In this document: one piece after another, positions 7,936 to 16,346 of the stretch
Position numbering within the stretch: position 1 is the stretch's first letter
Layout of the letters: the number at the start of each line of letters is the position of its first letter
IMG/VR virus record: IMGVR_UViG_3300027863_000091
Location: 1-37,634 of that record
Length of the DNA stretch: 37,634 nt
Direction: 5' to 3' (one strand)
Source: a virus
Taxonomy: Duplodnaviria > Caudoviricetes
Program-made: the position numbers and the translations under genes
Notes under the pieces: model-generated
The model's input: only the letters and a program-made list of their open reading frames with translations
Databases searched by the model: none
What the model was told of the DNA's origin: nothing

Positions 7936-8133
7936 ATGCTGGTGCTGGCGAGGCACGCGGACGAGGGGATCATCATCACCGTGGGTGATGTGCGGATCAG
8001 GGTCGTGCTGTGCGAGATCCGCGGCAACAAGGTACGCATCGGCATCGAGGCACCTGACGACGTGGTGATCCACCGCGACGAGGTGCAGCAGGCGATTGAC
8101 CGTGGCGAGCCGCAGCGGAGGAGGGCAACGTGA
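7936..8133 (+). CDS. csrA: Carbon storage regulator-like RNA-binding protein
   Basis: MLVLARHADEGIII...IRGNKVRIGIEAPDDVVIHRDEV is the CsrA signature; AGGAGG RBS. Confidence 0.92.
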   Translation: MLVLARHADEGIIITVGDVRIRVVLCEIRGNKVRIGIEAPDDVVIHRDEVQQAIDRGEPQRRRAT

Positions 8134-8219
8134 TCGCGATCGCGCTGGTCCTGGTCGTGCTGGGGCTGTGGATGGTGGGAGCCGAGGTGGGAGGGAGGCA
8201 ACGTCGTGAGCACCCGTAA
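8130..8219 (+). CDS. Putative small membrane peptide (29 aa)
   Basis: GTGA overlap with the csrA stop and GGAGG RBS; MIAIALVLVVLGLWMVGAEVGGRQRREHP. Confidence 0.4.
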   Translation: MIAIALVLVVLGLWMVGAEVGGRQRREHP

Positions 8220-8424
8220 GCGAGGAGAGGTGATCCTCGAATACCGCGGCTGGCAGATCACCGGCGCCCGCTCAGGCAGCCAGGGCGAGTACGCAGCCAG
8301 CATGATCCGGCTGTCGGGCAGCGGCGCCGCCCACACGTCCCGATACCCAGGCCCCGGCGCGCGGGACAAGGCGATCCGTGCGGCTAAGCAAGCGATCGAC
8401 AAATATGAGGATCATTATGGGTGA
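8206..8424 (+). CDS. Hypothetical protein, 72 aa
   Basis: GGAGG RBS; last gene before an AT-rich intergenic region. Confidence 0.6.
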   Translation: MSTRKRGEVILEYRGWQITGARSGSQGEYAASMIRLSGSGAAHTSRYPGPGARDKAIRAAKQAIDKYEDHYG

Positions 8425-8505
8425 CCGGCACCCACGGGACCGCGAATCGTGACTGATAAATGACAACCACTTTGTGGATGCCGGGAAAAATTCCTGTTCT
8501 CTCTC

Positions 8506-8534
8506 TTGACCTGGGTATATAGCCGGTATATACT
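8506..8534 (+). promoter_or_regulatory. Consensus sigma-70 promoter of the accessory cassette
   Basis: TTGACC-N17-TATACT; A-tract upstream (8486-8492); GGTATATA occurs twice across the spacer and -10, a possible operator. Confidence 0.8.
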
Positions 8535-8544
8535 CTAATCATGA

Positions 8545-8570
8545 GACGCGGACAAGTGATCCGCGGACCA
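8545..8570 (+). promoter_or_regulatory. Conserved leader hairpin, copy 1
   Basis: GACGCGGACAAGTGATCCGCGGACCA, 24/26 identical to minus-strand 34650-34675. Confidence 0.75.
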
Positions 8571-8596
8571 TGACCCCGAGAGACGGAGAGACGACG

Positions 8597-8959
8597 ATGA
8601 CCAAGACGCACAAGACGCACAAGACTTTTACCGAGGCCGCTATGCAGAGCATGCTGGGGGGCTACGGCGAGCGGTTCACCGGGGACAATCCGGCGGCCGC
8701 GGCCGCCGAGTGGCTCGACCACGGCTTCGGCGTCGTCGCCACCGCCCGGTGGTGCAACGTCGGCGTCTGGGACGCCGCCACAGCCGCCAGGTTCCGCGAC
8801 GCGGGCCTCTCGCCCGAGCAGGTCGCGGACGCGGCGGACAAGCTTGTCGCACATCTGGACGACGAGCGCCGCGCGGACCCCGTCTACGCGGACCCCGTCT
8901 ACGCGGTCTGCAACGGGGACCTCCCGGTGCGGCATATCATCGACGCCGCGAAGTCCTGA
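8597..8959 (+). CDS. Hypothetical protein, 120 aa (candidate anti-defence protein)
   Basis: GGAG RBS; first gene after the strong promoter; carries 9-nt and 15-nt microduplications. Confidence 0.7.
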   Translation: MTKTHKTHKTFTEAAMQSMLGGYGERFTGDNPAAAAAEWLDHGFGVVATARWCNVGVWDAATAARFRDAGLSPEQVADAADKLVAHLDDERRADPVYADPVYAVCNGDLPVRHIIDAAKS

Positions 8960-8970
8960 CGAGCTGCCCT

Positions 8971-8996
8971 CCGCCCCCGTCACTGGACGGGGGCGG
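8971..8996 (+). terminator. 11-bp hairpin, possible attenuator or weak terminator
   Basis: CCGCCCCCGTC-ACTG-GACGGGGGCGG followed by TGTT. Confidence 0.5.
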
Positions 8997-9055
8997 TGTT
9001 GCTGGGGACCTGGTCGCTTTGCCGACCGGGCCCTACACAGCCACGGAGACCCGAC

Positions 9056-9244
9056 ATGCCCAAGGCCAAGCCCCGAGAATCCTCCCGCAGCACGATCCGG
9101 CTCCCGGTCGTCTGGGTGAGCCGCGCGCTGCACGAGCAAGTCCACCTGCTTGTGTCGCGCGACCCCGAGACTACGATCGCCAGCCTGGTGCGCTCCGCCC
9201 TCCGCGACCGCCTGCGCGCCGAGGGGATCGATCCGGCTGACTGA
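9056..9244 (+). CDS. Ribbon-helix-helix-like small DNA-binding protein (62 aa)
   Basis: GGAG RBS; beta-strand IRLPVVWV, helix SRALHEQVHLLV, helix TIASLVRSALRDRL. Confidence 0.65.
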   Translation: MPKAKPRESSRSTIRLPVVWVSRALHEQVHLLVSRDPETTIASLVRSALRDRLRAEGIDPAD

Positions 9245-9268
9245 CCCTCCCCTCCCACGACGCAGCCC

Positions 9269-9297
9269 ACCCCGCCCTCGCCCGGCGGGGTTTTTTT
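9269..9297 (+). terminator. Rho-independent terminator
   Basis: CCCCGCC-CTCGCCC-GGCGGGG followed by T7. Confidence 0.85.
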
Positions 9298-9316
9298 GCG
9301 CCGCCAAAAGTCGCGC

Positions 9317-9346
9317 TTGACAGACCGCGCGCCGGAACGCAAAAAT
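9317..9346 (+). promoter_or_regulatory. Possible promoter, perhaps leaderless for ATG 9353
   Basis: Perfect TTGACA, but only a weak -10 (AAAAAT) at 18-nt spacing. Confidence 0.35.
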
Positions 9347-9352
9347 TATGGC

Positions 9353-9820
9353 ATGCTCGACTCAATGCCCTCCATGCATGCGGAAGTTGCTCGGGCGGTG
9401 GAAACGCGCGTCGAGATGGCGCGCAGGCTGGGAGTAAGCGTCGGGCACCTGCGGCGGCTGCTGGCTGAGGAGCGAGCCCGCGACGAGCGGCGCGAGAAAG
9501 AGCCCTATGTGACGCTCGTGGCCAACGGCGACCGCCCGGCGCGGGGCGAGTGGTATGACCTGGACACCGACCAGTGCTCGGTCGAGTGCGGACGTGTCCG
9601 GGTGCCGGATCGCAGCGGATTCCTCGGCAACCAGACGCCCGGCGGCTCACAGCGTATGCCGCGCCGCCCCCTCGAAGGCCAGCGGATCACGACCCGTGAC
9701 GTGAACGAAATGAAGGTGCTCAAGGCGTCCCCGAAGAAGCCCCCGGCCAAGTTCCGGCCGCGCGCCAAACGCAAACACAAGCTTCTCCCCAGGCCAGATA
9801 ACGATATGCAGGTGTGCTAG
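9353..9820 (+). CDS. HTH-containing basic protein
   Basis: RVEMARRLGVSVGHLRRLL HTH motif; Lys/Arg-rich C-terminus. Confidence 0.55.
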   Translation: MLDSMPSMHAEVARAVETRVEMARRLGVSVGHLRRLLAEERARDERREKEPYVTLVANGDRPARGEWYDLDTDQCSVECGRVRVPDRSGFLGNQTPGGSQRMPRRPLEGQRITTRDVNEMKVLKASPKKPPAKFRPRAKRKHKLLPRPDNDMQVC

Positions 9821-9907
9821 TCGTCGGTCGCGGTGCTCCTCCGGCCGGCGCCCGGATTGCTCGTAATGGGGTGGTCCGGGCGCCGGTTTGTCTATCGAAA
9901 GGTGATT

Positions 9908-10981
9908 ATGTCAAGCCCCACGGTGATCGACTGGCAAGCGGTGATCCAGGCCCTGGCGCAGCTCCTCCTGCCGCTCGGGATCGCGGAGTTGGAGCGGCTC
10001 GAGGCGGTCGTGACGAATCCGCTCGAGCTGGAGGCGATCAAGGTCGCGCTCCAGATCCTCCAGTCGCTCGAGACGCCGCCTCCGATCGCAGGGCGCCGTT
10101 ACATGCGCGGTGCGCGGCCCACGCCTCGCCACCAGCTCGCCGCGGCGCTGCCGCACCGGCCCACGGCTCGCGAGATCGCAGCCGCGCCTCCGACGTTTTT
10201 CACGTTGCCGGCAACCATGTACATGCTCGGCAACTCGACATATGGTGATTGTGTTACGGCTGAGCAGTGCGCCGCTATCATGGCCTATTCGATCTGGGGC
10301 CAGGGCCACGTGCAGCCCAAGGTCACGATCACCGACAGCACCGCGATTGGCTGGGCGCAGGCCCACGGCGTGCTCAACGGTGCCGGGCTCCAGGAGGTCA
10401 TGACCTGGAATCAGACCGACCCCATCGTGGGCACCAACGGCACCGGCTACACCGACGGGACCCACCTGGCCGTCGATTACACCAACGACGGTGCCGTCCG
10501 TGCCGCGATCGTCCAAGGCCCCGTCAAGATCGGCGTGGCGGCGAGCCAGCTCCAAGCCGCGCTCGACGCGTCCAACGGCCTCAGTGGGTGGGTGCTCAGC
10601 GGCGCTGGCACTGATCAGAATATCGACCACTGTGTAAGCTTGTGGTCGTACGGCACGTTTGCCGATCTGGTCGCTCTATTCACCGCCGCTGGCTTCGCGT
10701 GCTCCGTGCCGAGCGGTCAGGATCCGCACGAGCCTTCGTACGGCCTCTACACGTGGCAGACCGAGGGAATTATCAGCCGCTCATCGATGATCGCGATCAC
10801 CGGCGAGGGGTGGCTCCGTACGCCCACTTCTCCGCAGATCACGCCCACTCCGACTCCGACTCCGGCTCCGACTCCCACACCTGTGCAGGCCGGCTACACC
10901 GGCACCCTCACCGTGGACACCGGGCTATTCGGGCGCGTTGCCCTAGCCTATCAGGACGGCCGGCTGATCTCGGTCCAGTAA
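9908..10981 (+). CDS. Papain-like cysteine peptidase, putative endolysin
   Basis: MLGNSTYGDCV (catalytic Cys), DHCVSLWSYG (His) and YTW strand; Pro-Thr linker; adjacent to a holin-like gene. Confidence 0.6.
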   Translation: MSSPTVIDWQAVIQALAQLLLPLGIAELERLEAVVTNPLELEAIKVALQILQSLETPPPIAGRRYMRGARPTPRHQLAAALPHRPTAREIAAAPPTFFTLPATMYMLGNSTYGDCVTAEQCAAIMAYSIWGQGHVQPKVTITDSTAIGWAQAHGVLNGAGLQEVMTWNQTDPIVGTNGTGYTDGTHLAVDYTNDGAVRAAIVQGPVKIGVAASQLQAALDASNGLSGWVLSGAGTDQNIDHCVSLWSYGTFADLVALFTAAGFACSVPSGQDPHEPSYGLYTWQTEGIISRSSMIAITGEGWLRTPTSPQITPTPTPTPAPTPTPVQAGYTGTLTVDTGLFGRVALAYQDGRLISVQ

Positions 10982-10995
10982 GGTCACCACGCGAC

Positions 10996-11409
10996 ATGAT
11001 ACCGGGAGAAGATTTGCCTCACCGCACCTGGCAATTTTTGCAAGTCGGCGAGGGCGCCGGGTGGATCGCGCTGGTGGGAGCGATCTGGGGTGTCGCGGGA
11101 TCGATCGTGCACCTATTTTCTTCCATCACCGTGGATCATGTGCAACCCTGGCTGATCCTGATCGGTTCGGCGGCGGTGGGCGCGGTATCGGTCGGCGCGA
11201 TCGTCTATGCTCGGTTCGTCAAAGCGTATTGGGACGGCGAGCAGACGGAGGCGATCGCGCAGCAAAATATTCGCGATATCAACATGGGTAAACAACCGAC
11301 CTATCCCCAGTACCTGCCCGCACCGCGTCGCGGCTACGGCGACTCGCCGAGCGACATGACGCTGCCGCCCCGGCCCGCGCCGCCGGGCAGCCAGGAGCCG
11401 CCGAAGTGA
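10996..11409 (+). CDS. Holin-like membrane protein
   Basis: Two hydrophobic segments (GWIALVGAIWGVAGSIV; WLILIGSAAVGAVSVGAIVYA) directly after the putative lysin. Confidence 0.6.
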   Translation: MIPGEDLPHRTWQFLQVGEGAGWIALVGAIWGVAGSIVHLFSSITVDHVQPWLILIGSAAVGAVSVGAIVYARFVKAYWDGEQTEAIAQQNIRDINMGKQPTYPQYLPAPRRGYGDSPSDMTLPPRPAPPGSQEPPK

Positions 11410-11738
11410 GCGAGGAGATCCGACCGCCAGGATCCCGCCCCCGGTATGAGTTGCACCAGCAGCACGCGGCCGAGGTTCGCCCCGGCCCGACCGCGCCGCA
11501 TCCCGACCACGGCGGCACGCTCGCCGGGGTCGAGACCCTCCTCGACGCGATCCGGCAGACACGCGAGCTGTTCCGGGTCGCTCGCTCCCCTCGCACCGAC
11601 GCGCTGTGGCCGCACCTGCGACCGTTGCTGTGCGAGGCCGAGGCGTGGCTCCAACGACAGCTGCGCGCCGATCCGCAGGACGGTGCGAGCAGCGTGCTCC
11701 TGCAAGAGGTACGGCGATACCTGGGCCGACACGCGTGA
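11406..11738 (+). CDS. Hypothetical protein, 110 aa
   Basis: GTGA coupling on both sides; AGGAG RBS. Confidence 0.55.
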   Translation: MSEEIRPPGSRPRYELHQQHAAEVRPGPTAPHPDHGGTLAGVETLLDAIRQTRELFRVARSPRTDALWPHLRPLLCEAEAWLQRQLRADPQDGASSVLLQEVRRYLGRHA

Positions 11739-11892
11739 GACTCCTCACCCTCCTCGTCTTCCTCGTCTTCGCGCCCTGGTGGTCGTACGGGCCATCGCTG
11801 GGATCGAGTGGGACCTGATCTGTGGGGTGATGTTGATGGGAGTTGGTGTTGGGTACTGGATCGGATCGGGACCAAGGGCGAAAGGACCCTGA
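11735..11892 (+). pseudogene. Small two-helix membrane protein apparently split by a 1-nt frameshift
   Basis: MRLLTLLVFLVF in one frame continues as ALVVVRAIAGIEWDLICGVMLMGVGVGYWIG in another near 11770. Confidence 0.4.
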
Positions 11893-11894
11893 AA

Positions 11895-12014
11895 ATGGCT
11901 GAAAAGAAGAGCACGGCGCGGAAGAAGGAGGCGGCCGCTGGCCGCAAGTATAACAAGAGTCCCGAGCACAAGCAGGCCGAGAAGAAGGACGGCAAGAAGG
12001 CCAAGGGCAAGTGA
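11895..12014 (+). CDS. Small Lys-rich basic peptide (39 aa)
   Basis: AAAGGA RBS; MAEKKSTARKKEAAAGRKYNKSPEHKQAEKKDGKKAKGK. Confidence 0.6.
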   Translation: MAEKKSTARKKEAAAGRKYNKSPEHKQAEKKDGKKAKGK

Positions 12015-12337
12015 GCGAGGGGGACTTGGGGGGCGCCCGCAAACCCACGGATCAATCGCTTGCTCATTCCCGCATGGAAGAGCGTGCGCTGGCTCGTGGG
12101 TGGGCGATGCCTCAGGAGAAGCGCGAAGAAATTGCAGCCCGGCTCCTCGAGGTGATCAGCGGGCCGAAGAAGTACCGCATGCGGTACGTGCTCAGCGCGG
12201 CGAAGGCGCTGGTCGCAGCCGACCTCAGGCAACAAGAGCTTGACATAAAGAAGAATGAATCCCTCGTCTCCCTCGCCGACGCCATCGACGAAGCTCTTAG
12301 CGCAGAAGATCCGGCTGCTCCAGCAGAAGTACCGTGA
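12011..12337 (+). CDS. Putative terminase small subunit
   Basis: Helical 108-aa protein immediately upstream of and overlapping the large terminase (positional call). Confidence 0.5.
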   Translation: MSEGDLGGARKPTDQSLAHSRMEERALARGWAMPQEKREEIAARLLEVISGPKKYRMRYVLSAAKALVAADLRQQELDIKKNESLVSLADAIDEALSAEDPAAPAEVP

Positions 12338-13775
12338 CGACCCGGTGGGCTTCAATCAACGTGTGCTCAAGCGGCTGCCGTTCGACCCCAACCCGACCAC
12401 GCGGCAGTATCAGCGCGAGGTGTGCCAGTCGGTGCTCGACTATCGCGTAACGGTGGTGTTCTCGGGCAATTCGACGGGTAAAGACTATCTGTTGGGATGC
12501 CTGATCCCCTGGTGGGGGTTCACCCGGCCCAACAGTCTCACGATGGTCACCGGCGTATCCCAGACCCTCCTTGGTAGCGTCACCTTCAAGGAGGTTCGGC
12601 GCGCTATCTCCGGGTCGCCCGTGCTGCGTCAGCTCGGCGTGAAGATGAGCCAGGGCGTAAAGGCCAGCCCGCAGCTCGTGGAGTTTGGGCCCGGCTGGCA
12701 TGTCCTCGGCTTCTCCACGACCAATGTGGAGCGCGCGTCGGGTCAGCACTCACCCGAGTTGTTTGCTGTCATCAACGAAGGCTCAGGCGTTGATGACCAC
12801 ATCTATGACGCGGTCGATAGCTGGGTCTATAAGCGGCTGCTGGTCTTCGGCAACCCCATCCGTGCGGATGGCCGTTTCATTGAGCTGATCCGGCAGGCTG
12901 AAGCCGATCGCCGCGACGGCGTGCCGAAGCACCTCGCGGTTAACGCGATCCAGATCCCCTCAACCGACTCGCCCCACGCCCACCTCGACCATTCGCCGTT
13001 TGGCCTGGCCGATAGGACGTGGCTCGAGTCGATGTACCGTCAGTACGGGCCTGACAGCCTGTGGGTACGCAGTCACATCAAGGCTGAGGTACCTGTTGTC
13101 TCCTCCGATGCCCTGCTGCCCGAGGCATGGCTCGATTGGGCGGCTTGCGACGAAAACGGCCAGCGCGTCCGGCCGCTTGCCCATCCTGTCACGGCCACGC
13201 GACGGATCTCGTGCGACCTGGGCGAGGGCGTGGGACGTGACTCGAGCTGTGTGCTGGTACGCGACGAGTGGGGCATCCTGGATGTGGTTTTTGGCTCGGC
13301 GCTCGGTCTGCCCGAGGCGGCCGATCTGATCTACCAAAAGGCACTCGCCTGGAACGTACCACCCAACCGAATCACCTATGATCGCGCCGGCATCGGTCGG
13401 GACTTCCCCTTGCACCTGCGGCGCAACTTCGGCGACGTGGCACGCCAGATCCAGGGCTACGCCGGTGCGGGGTCGCCCCAGAGCAAGGACTTCGCCAACT
13501 TGCGTACCGAGGCGGCGTGGCGGCTGCGCCAGCGTCTCGAGCCGGGTGCCGATCTGCACGGCTCGTCCGTGGATCGATTCGCGCTCAGGCTCAAGGTGCC
13601 GTTCGGCATCCCGCGCGGCCCGTATTGGCCACGGCTGCGGGAGGAGCTGAAGACGCTGTCCTACTCGATGGCCGGTCGCAAGATCAAGCTGCTGCCCAAG
13701 GCCGATCACGCGATCCTGCTTGGTCATTCACCGGACATCGGTGATGCGCTGATGCAGTCTTTTGCGTTCCCATAA
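12255..13775 (+). CDS. terL: Terminase large subunit
   Basis: YRDDPVGF; Walker A SGNSTGKD; Walker B FAVINEGSG; coupling motif FGNP; nuclease ISCDLGEGVGRDSS and SPDIGDAL. Confidence 0.9.
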   Translation: MNPSSPSPTPSTKLLAQKIRLLQQKYRDDPVGFNQRVLKRLPFDPNPTTRQYQREVCQSVLDYRVTVVFSGNSTGKDYLLGCLIPWWGFTRPNSLTMVTGVSQTLLGSVTFKEVRRAISGSPVLRQLGVKMSQGVKASPQLVEFGPGWHVLGFSTTNVERASGQHSPELFAVINEGSGVDDHIYDAVDSWVYKRLLVFGNPIRADGRFIELIRQAEADRRDGVPKHLAVNAIQIPSTDSPHAHLDHSPFGLADRTWLESMYRQYGPDSLWVRSHIKAEVPVVSSDALLPEAWLDWAACDENGQRVRPLAHPVTATRRISCDLGEGVGRDSSCVLVRDEWGILDVVFGSALGLPEAADLIYQKALAWNVPPNRITYDRAGIGRDFPLHLRRNFGDVARQIQGYAGAGSPQSKDFANLRTEAAWRLRQRLEPGADLHGSSVDRFALRLKVPFGIPRGPYWPRLREELKTLSYSMAGRKIKLLPKADHAILLGHSPDIGDALMQSFAFP

Positions 13776-13786
13776 GGATATGATCC

Positions 13787-14020
13787 ATGGCCAATAAGAA
13801 GGCGCCGAAGTCCGGGCACTGGATTCAGGGCGCGATCAAGCGTCCCGGGGCGCTGCGCAAGAAGCTCGGCGCGAAGCCGGGCCAGCCGATCCCCGCGGCC
13901 AAACTCGAGAAGGCAGCCCACAGCACCGACAAGCGGCTCGCCGACGAGGCGAGGCTCGCCATCCAGCTCGGGAAAATGTCCAAGAAGGGCACCAAGAAGA
14001 AGGCCGCTAAGAAGAAGTGA
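13787..14020 (+). CDS. Conserved small basic phage protein
   Basis: WIQGAIKRPGALRKKLG....IPAAKL...ARLA motif, seen in small basic proteins near phage packaging genes. Confidence 0.7.
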   Translation: MANKKAPKSGHWIQGAIKRPGALRKKLGAKPGQPIPAAKLEKAAHSTDKRLADEARLAIQLGKMSKKGTKKKAAKKK

Positions 14021-14024
14021 ACGA

Positions 14025-15542
14025 ATGATCGACGTCAACAAGGTCATCACCGAGGTGGAGGGTGGCCTCCAGACCGAGGCACGCCACCGCATGGACCGTG
14101 CGCTCGAGGCGCTGGCGTTCTACGACTTCCGCGGTCATTCTTATATGCAGGAATTTAAGAATGATGCCGAGACGCCGCTCGAGTACATCAAGCGTCCATA
14201 CCGCGAGAGCGGTATCACGCGGGAGGCGGTGCGCATCCTGACACAGCACCTGTACGCACCGGGCCCACGACGGATGTGGGACGACGAGGGCGTCCAGGCG
14301 TTCTTGGACTCGGTGTACTTGGCGAACCACATTGACATCAAGATGCTGCGGGCTGACCAGCTCTCAACGCTCTCCGATGTTTGCGCGATCCAGGTCGACG
14401 CGGACCAGGGCGACCCGAGCAACCCGATCAAGCTGAGACTGTGGGGCGCAGAGGAATTCCACGTCTGGGAGGACCCGGACGACCGTTGCACCCCGGCCGC
14501 GGTCGTGACCAAGGACGTTTACGACATGACCACGCGGTATCGCCTGTGGACTCAGGAGTACGTTTATACGTTCATCACTCGCAAGGCCACGGCGACGGCT
14601 GGCGGGAGGGTGGCCCATCGTGTGAGCAAGGACGAGAACACTTATGGGTGTCTACCCTTCGCGTTCGTTCACAACGAGTACCCAGCACGCGCTTTCTGGG
14701 AGACGGGGATCGGCGAGCTGATCGTGCGGGCCGAGGTACGGGTCAACGATCGGTTGAGTCGGCTCGACCAGGCGATCAGCAAGCATCTCAACCCGTTCCC
14801 GTGGGCCCGCGGCGTGCCCGAGGGCTTCGAGGTGATCCTCGGTAATGCGGGGAATATGTTTATCACTTTGCCGGGTCGTGGTCGGCTGCCATCGCCGAGT
14901 GGCGACTATCAGGCACCCGATCAACCCGAGGTGGGATACCTTCAAGCGGTGATCGATATCGCTGGCGCATGGGAGGATATCAGGAGCTTCGTCACCCAGA
15001 TTTTCGAGGCGGCCGGCGTCCCACAGGCGGCTTATCGAATGGAGCAGACGGGCGTCGCATCAGGGATCTCGCTGATGGTGGAACAGGCTCCCCTCCTCAC
15101 GCGAGCCAGGGAGCGACGACCGTACTTTGCGTCGTATGAGCATGAGCTGGGGCGAGTGATTTTGAGATGTGCTGGCACCCACTACGGTCGTCCCGGTCTA
15201 GTGGCGGCTGCGGATCGGGCCAAGCTCACGCTGGACTGGCCAGAGCCGTCGATCCCGATCCCGACCGACGACTGGTACACTCTCCAGATGTCGCGTGTGG
15301 CGACGGGTACGACGAGCCTGATCCGGGTGGTGATGCAGGAGCGCGGCTGTGCTCGTGACCAGGCCGTCGAGATCCTCCGACAGATCGAGGACGACCGTCA
15401 GGAGCTGGCCAGGATCATTCCCGGCTTGCAGCTACCCAGTTACGCAGGTCAGCAGCTCGCGCAGGGGGGCGACCAGGGGGACGCCTCTGTACCGGCTGCG
15501 GATAACGTGCAGGAGACTCCGAGTGATAGTACCGATCAGTGA
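14025..15542 (+). CDS. Portal protein (SPP1 gp6-like)
   Basis: 505 aa after terL; NTYGCLPFAFVHN, ASGISL and acidic tail typical of portals. Confidence 0.85.
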   Translation: MIDVNKVITEVEGGLQTEARHRMDRALEALAFYDFRGHSYMQEFKNDAETPLEYIKRPYRESGITREAVRILTQHLYAPGPRRMWDDEGVQAFLDSVYLANHIDIKMLRADQLSTLSDVCAIQVDADQGDPSNPIKLRLWGAEEFHVWEDPDDRCTPAAVVTKDVYDMTTRYRLWTQEYVYTFITRKATATAGGRVAHRVSKDENTYGCLPFAFVHNEYPARAFWETGIGELIVRAEVRVNDRLSRLDQAISKHLNPFPWARGVPEGFEVILGNAGNMFITLPGRGRLPSPSGDYQAPDQPEVGYLQAVIDIAGAWEDIRSFVTQIFEAAGVPQAAYRMEQTGVASGISLMVEQAPLLTRARERRPYFASYEHELGRVILRCAGTHYGRPGLVAAADRAKLTLDWPEPSIPIPTDDWYTLQMSRVATGTTSLIRVVMQERGCARDQAVEILRQIEDDRQELARIIPGLQLPSYAGQQLAQGGDQGDASVPAADNVQETPSDSTDQ

Positions 15543-15555
15543 GGCCCGGGGTCGT

Positions 15556-15744
15556 ATGATCCGGTGTCCGGACCACGGCTGTGGCCATCCCGTGCTGGTG
15601 TTGCGGTCCCAGGCCAGGGTGCGGCCCAATGCGGCTCAGTCTGCACCGATCCCTACGGCAGACCAGTGGTATCGGTGCAACTGCCCCCGCACTGGGGCGA
15701 AGCTATATAGGGCTCATACGCAGGTCGAGGTGATCGATGAGTGA
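15556..15744 (+). CDS. Small Cys-rich hypothetical protein
   Basis: CPDHGC...CNC, 62 aa between the portal and scaffold genes. Confidence 0.5.
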   Translation: MIRCPDHGCGHPVLVLRSQARVRPNAAQSAPIPTADQWYRCNCPRTGAKLYRAHTQVEVIDE

Positions 15745-16324
15745 AATGGCAACCCCCACCCCAACCCCCGCGATCCGCGATGACGGGCGCGGGGAGCTGA
15801 TCGGGCGCCTCAAGGCAAAGCTCAAGGACGCGATGCTCAGGCTCAAGGCGGCCGAGGAGCGAGCCACTCGGGCCGAGGGGAGCGTGGAGGAGGCTCGCAC
15901 CGCGGCCCAGCAGGCCGAGGCGAAGTACAGTACCGACGCGCTCAAGGCCGAGCTGGATCGGCTCCAGGGCGAGGTGCGCACGACGAAGCATCGCACTGCG
16001 TTCGACGCGGCTCTCACCGAGGCCGGCGCACCCAAAGACGCGCTGGACCTACTCTGGCGTGAGAGCGGGTGGAAGACCGAGGCCGACGCACCCGACCCGG
16101 CTGAGCTGGGCAAGACCGTCGAGGCACTCAAGAGCCGTGCCGACCTGGGGCGATTCTTCGGCGAGCCACCCCTCGAGCGTAAGCCGGGCCCTGGGAGGGG
16201 CCAGGGCACCCCGGTACGCGAGGGGAGCCGGATCAAGGCCACGACGGCTCAGATCCGGGACCCCGACTGGTGCTGGCGCAATCGAGCGGCTCTGCGTAAG
16301 GGGCTCGTCGACCAGATCGATTGA
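15737..16324 (+). CDS. Head scaffolding protein
   Basis: Coiled-coil N-terminus and Gly/Pro-rich C-terminal linker; directly before the capsid gene. Confidence 0.7.
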   Translation: MSEMATPTPTPAIRDDGRGELIGRLKAKLKDAMLRLKAAEERATRAEGSVEEARTAAQQAEAKYSTDALKAELDRLQGEVRTTKHRTAFDAALTEAGAPKDALDLLWRESGWKTEADAPDPAELGKTVEALKSRADLGRFFGEPPLERKPGPGRGQGTPVREGSRIKATTAQIRDPDWCWRNRAALRKGLVDQID

Positions 16325-16346
16325 ACGATCAACCTGCGGCCTCGTG

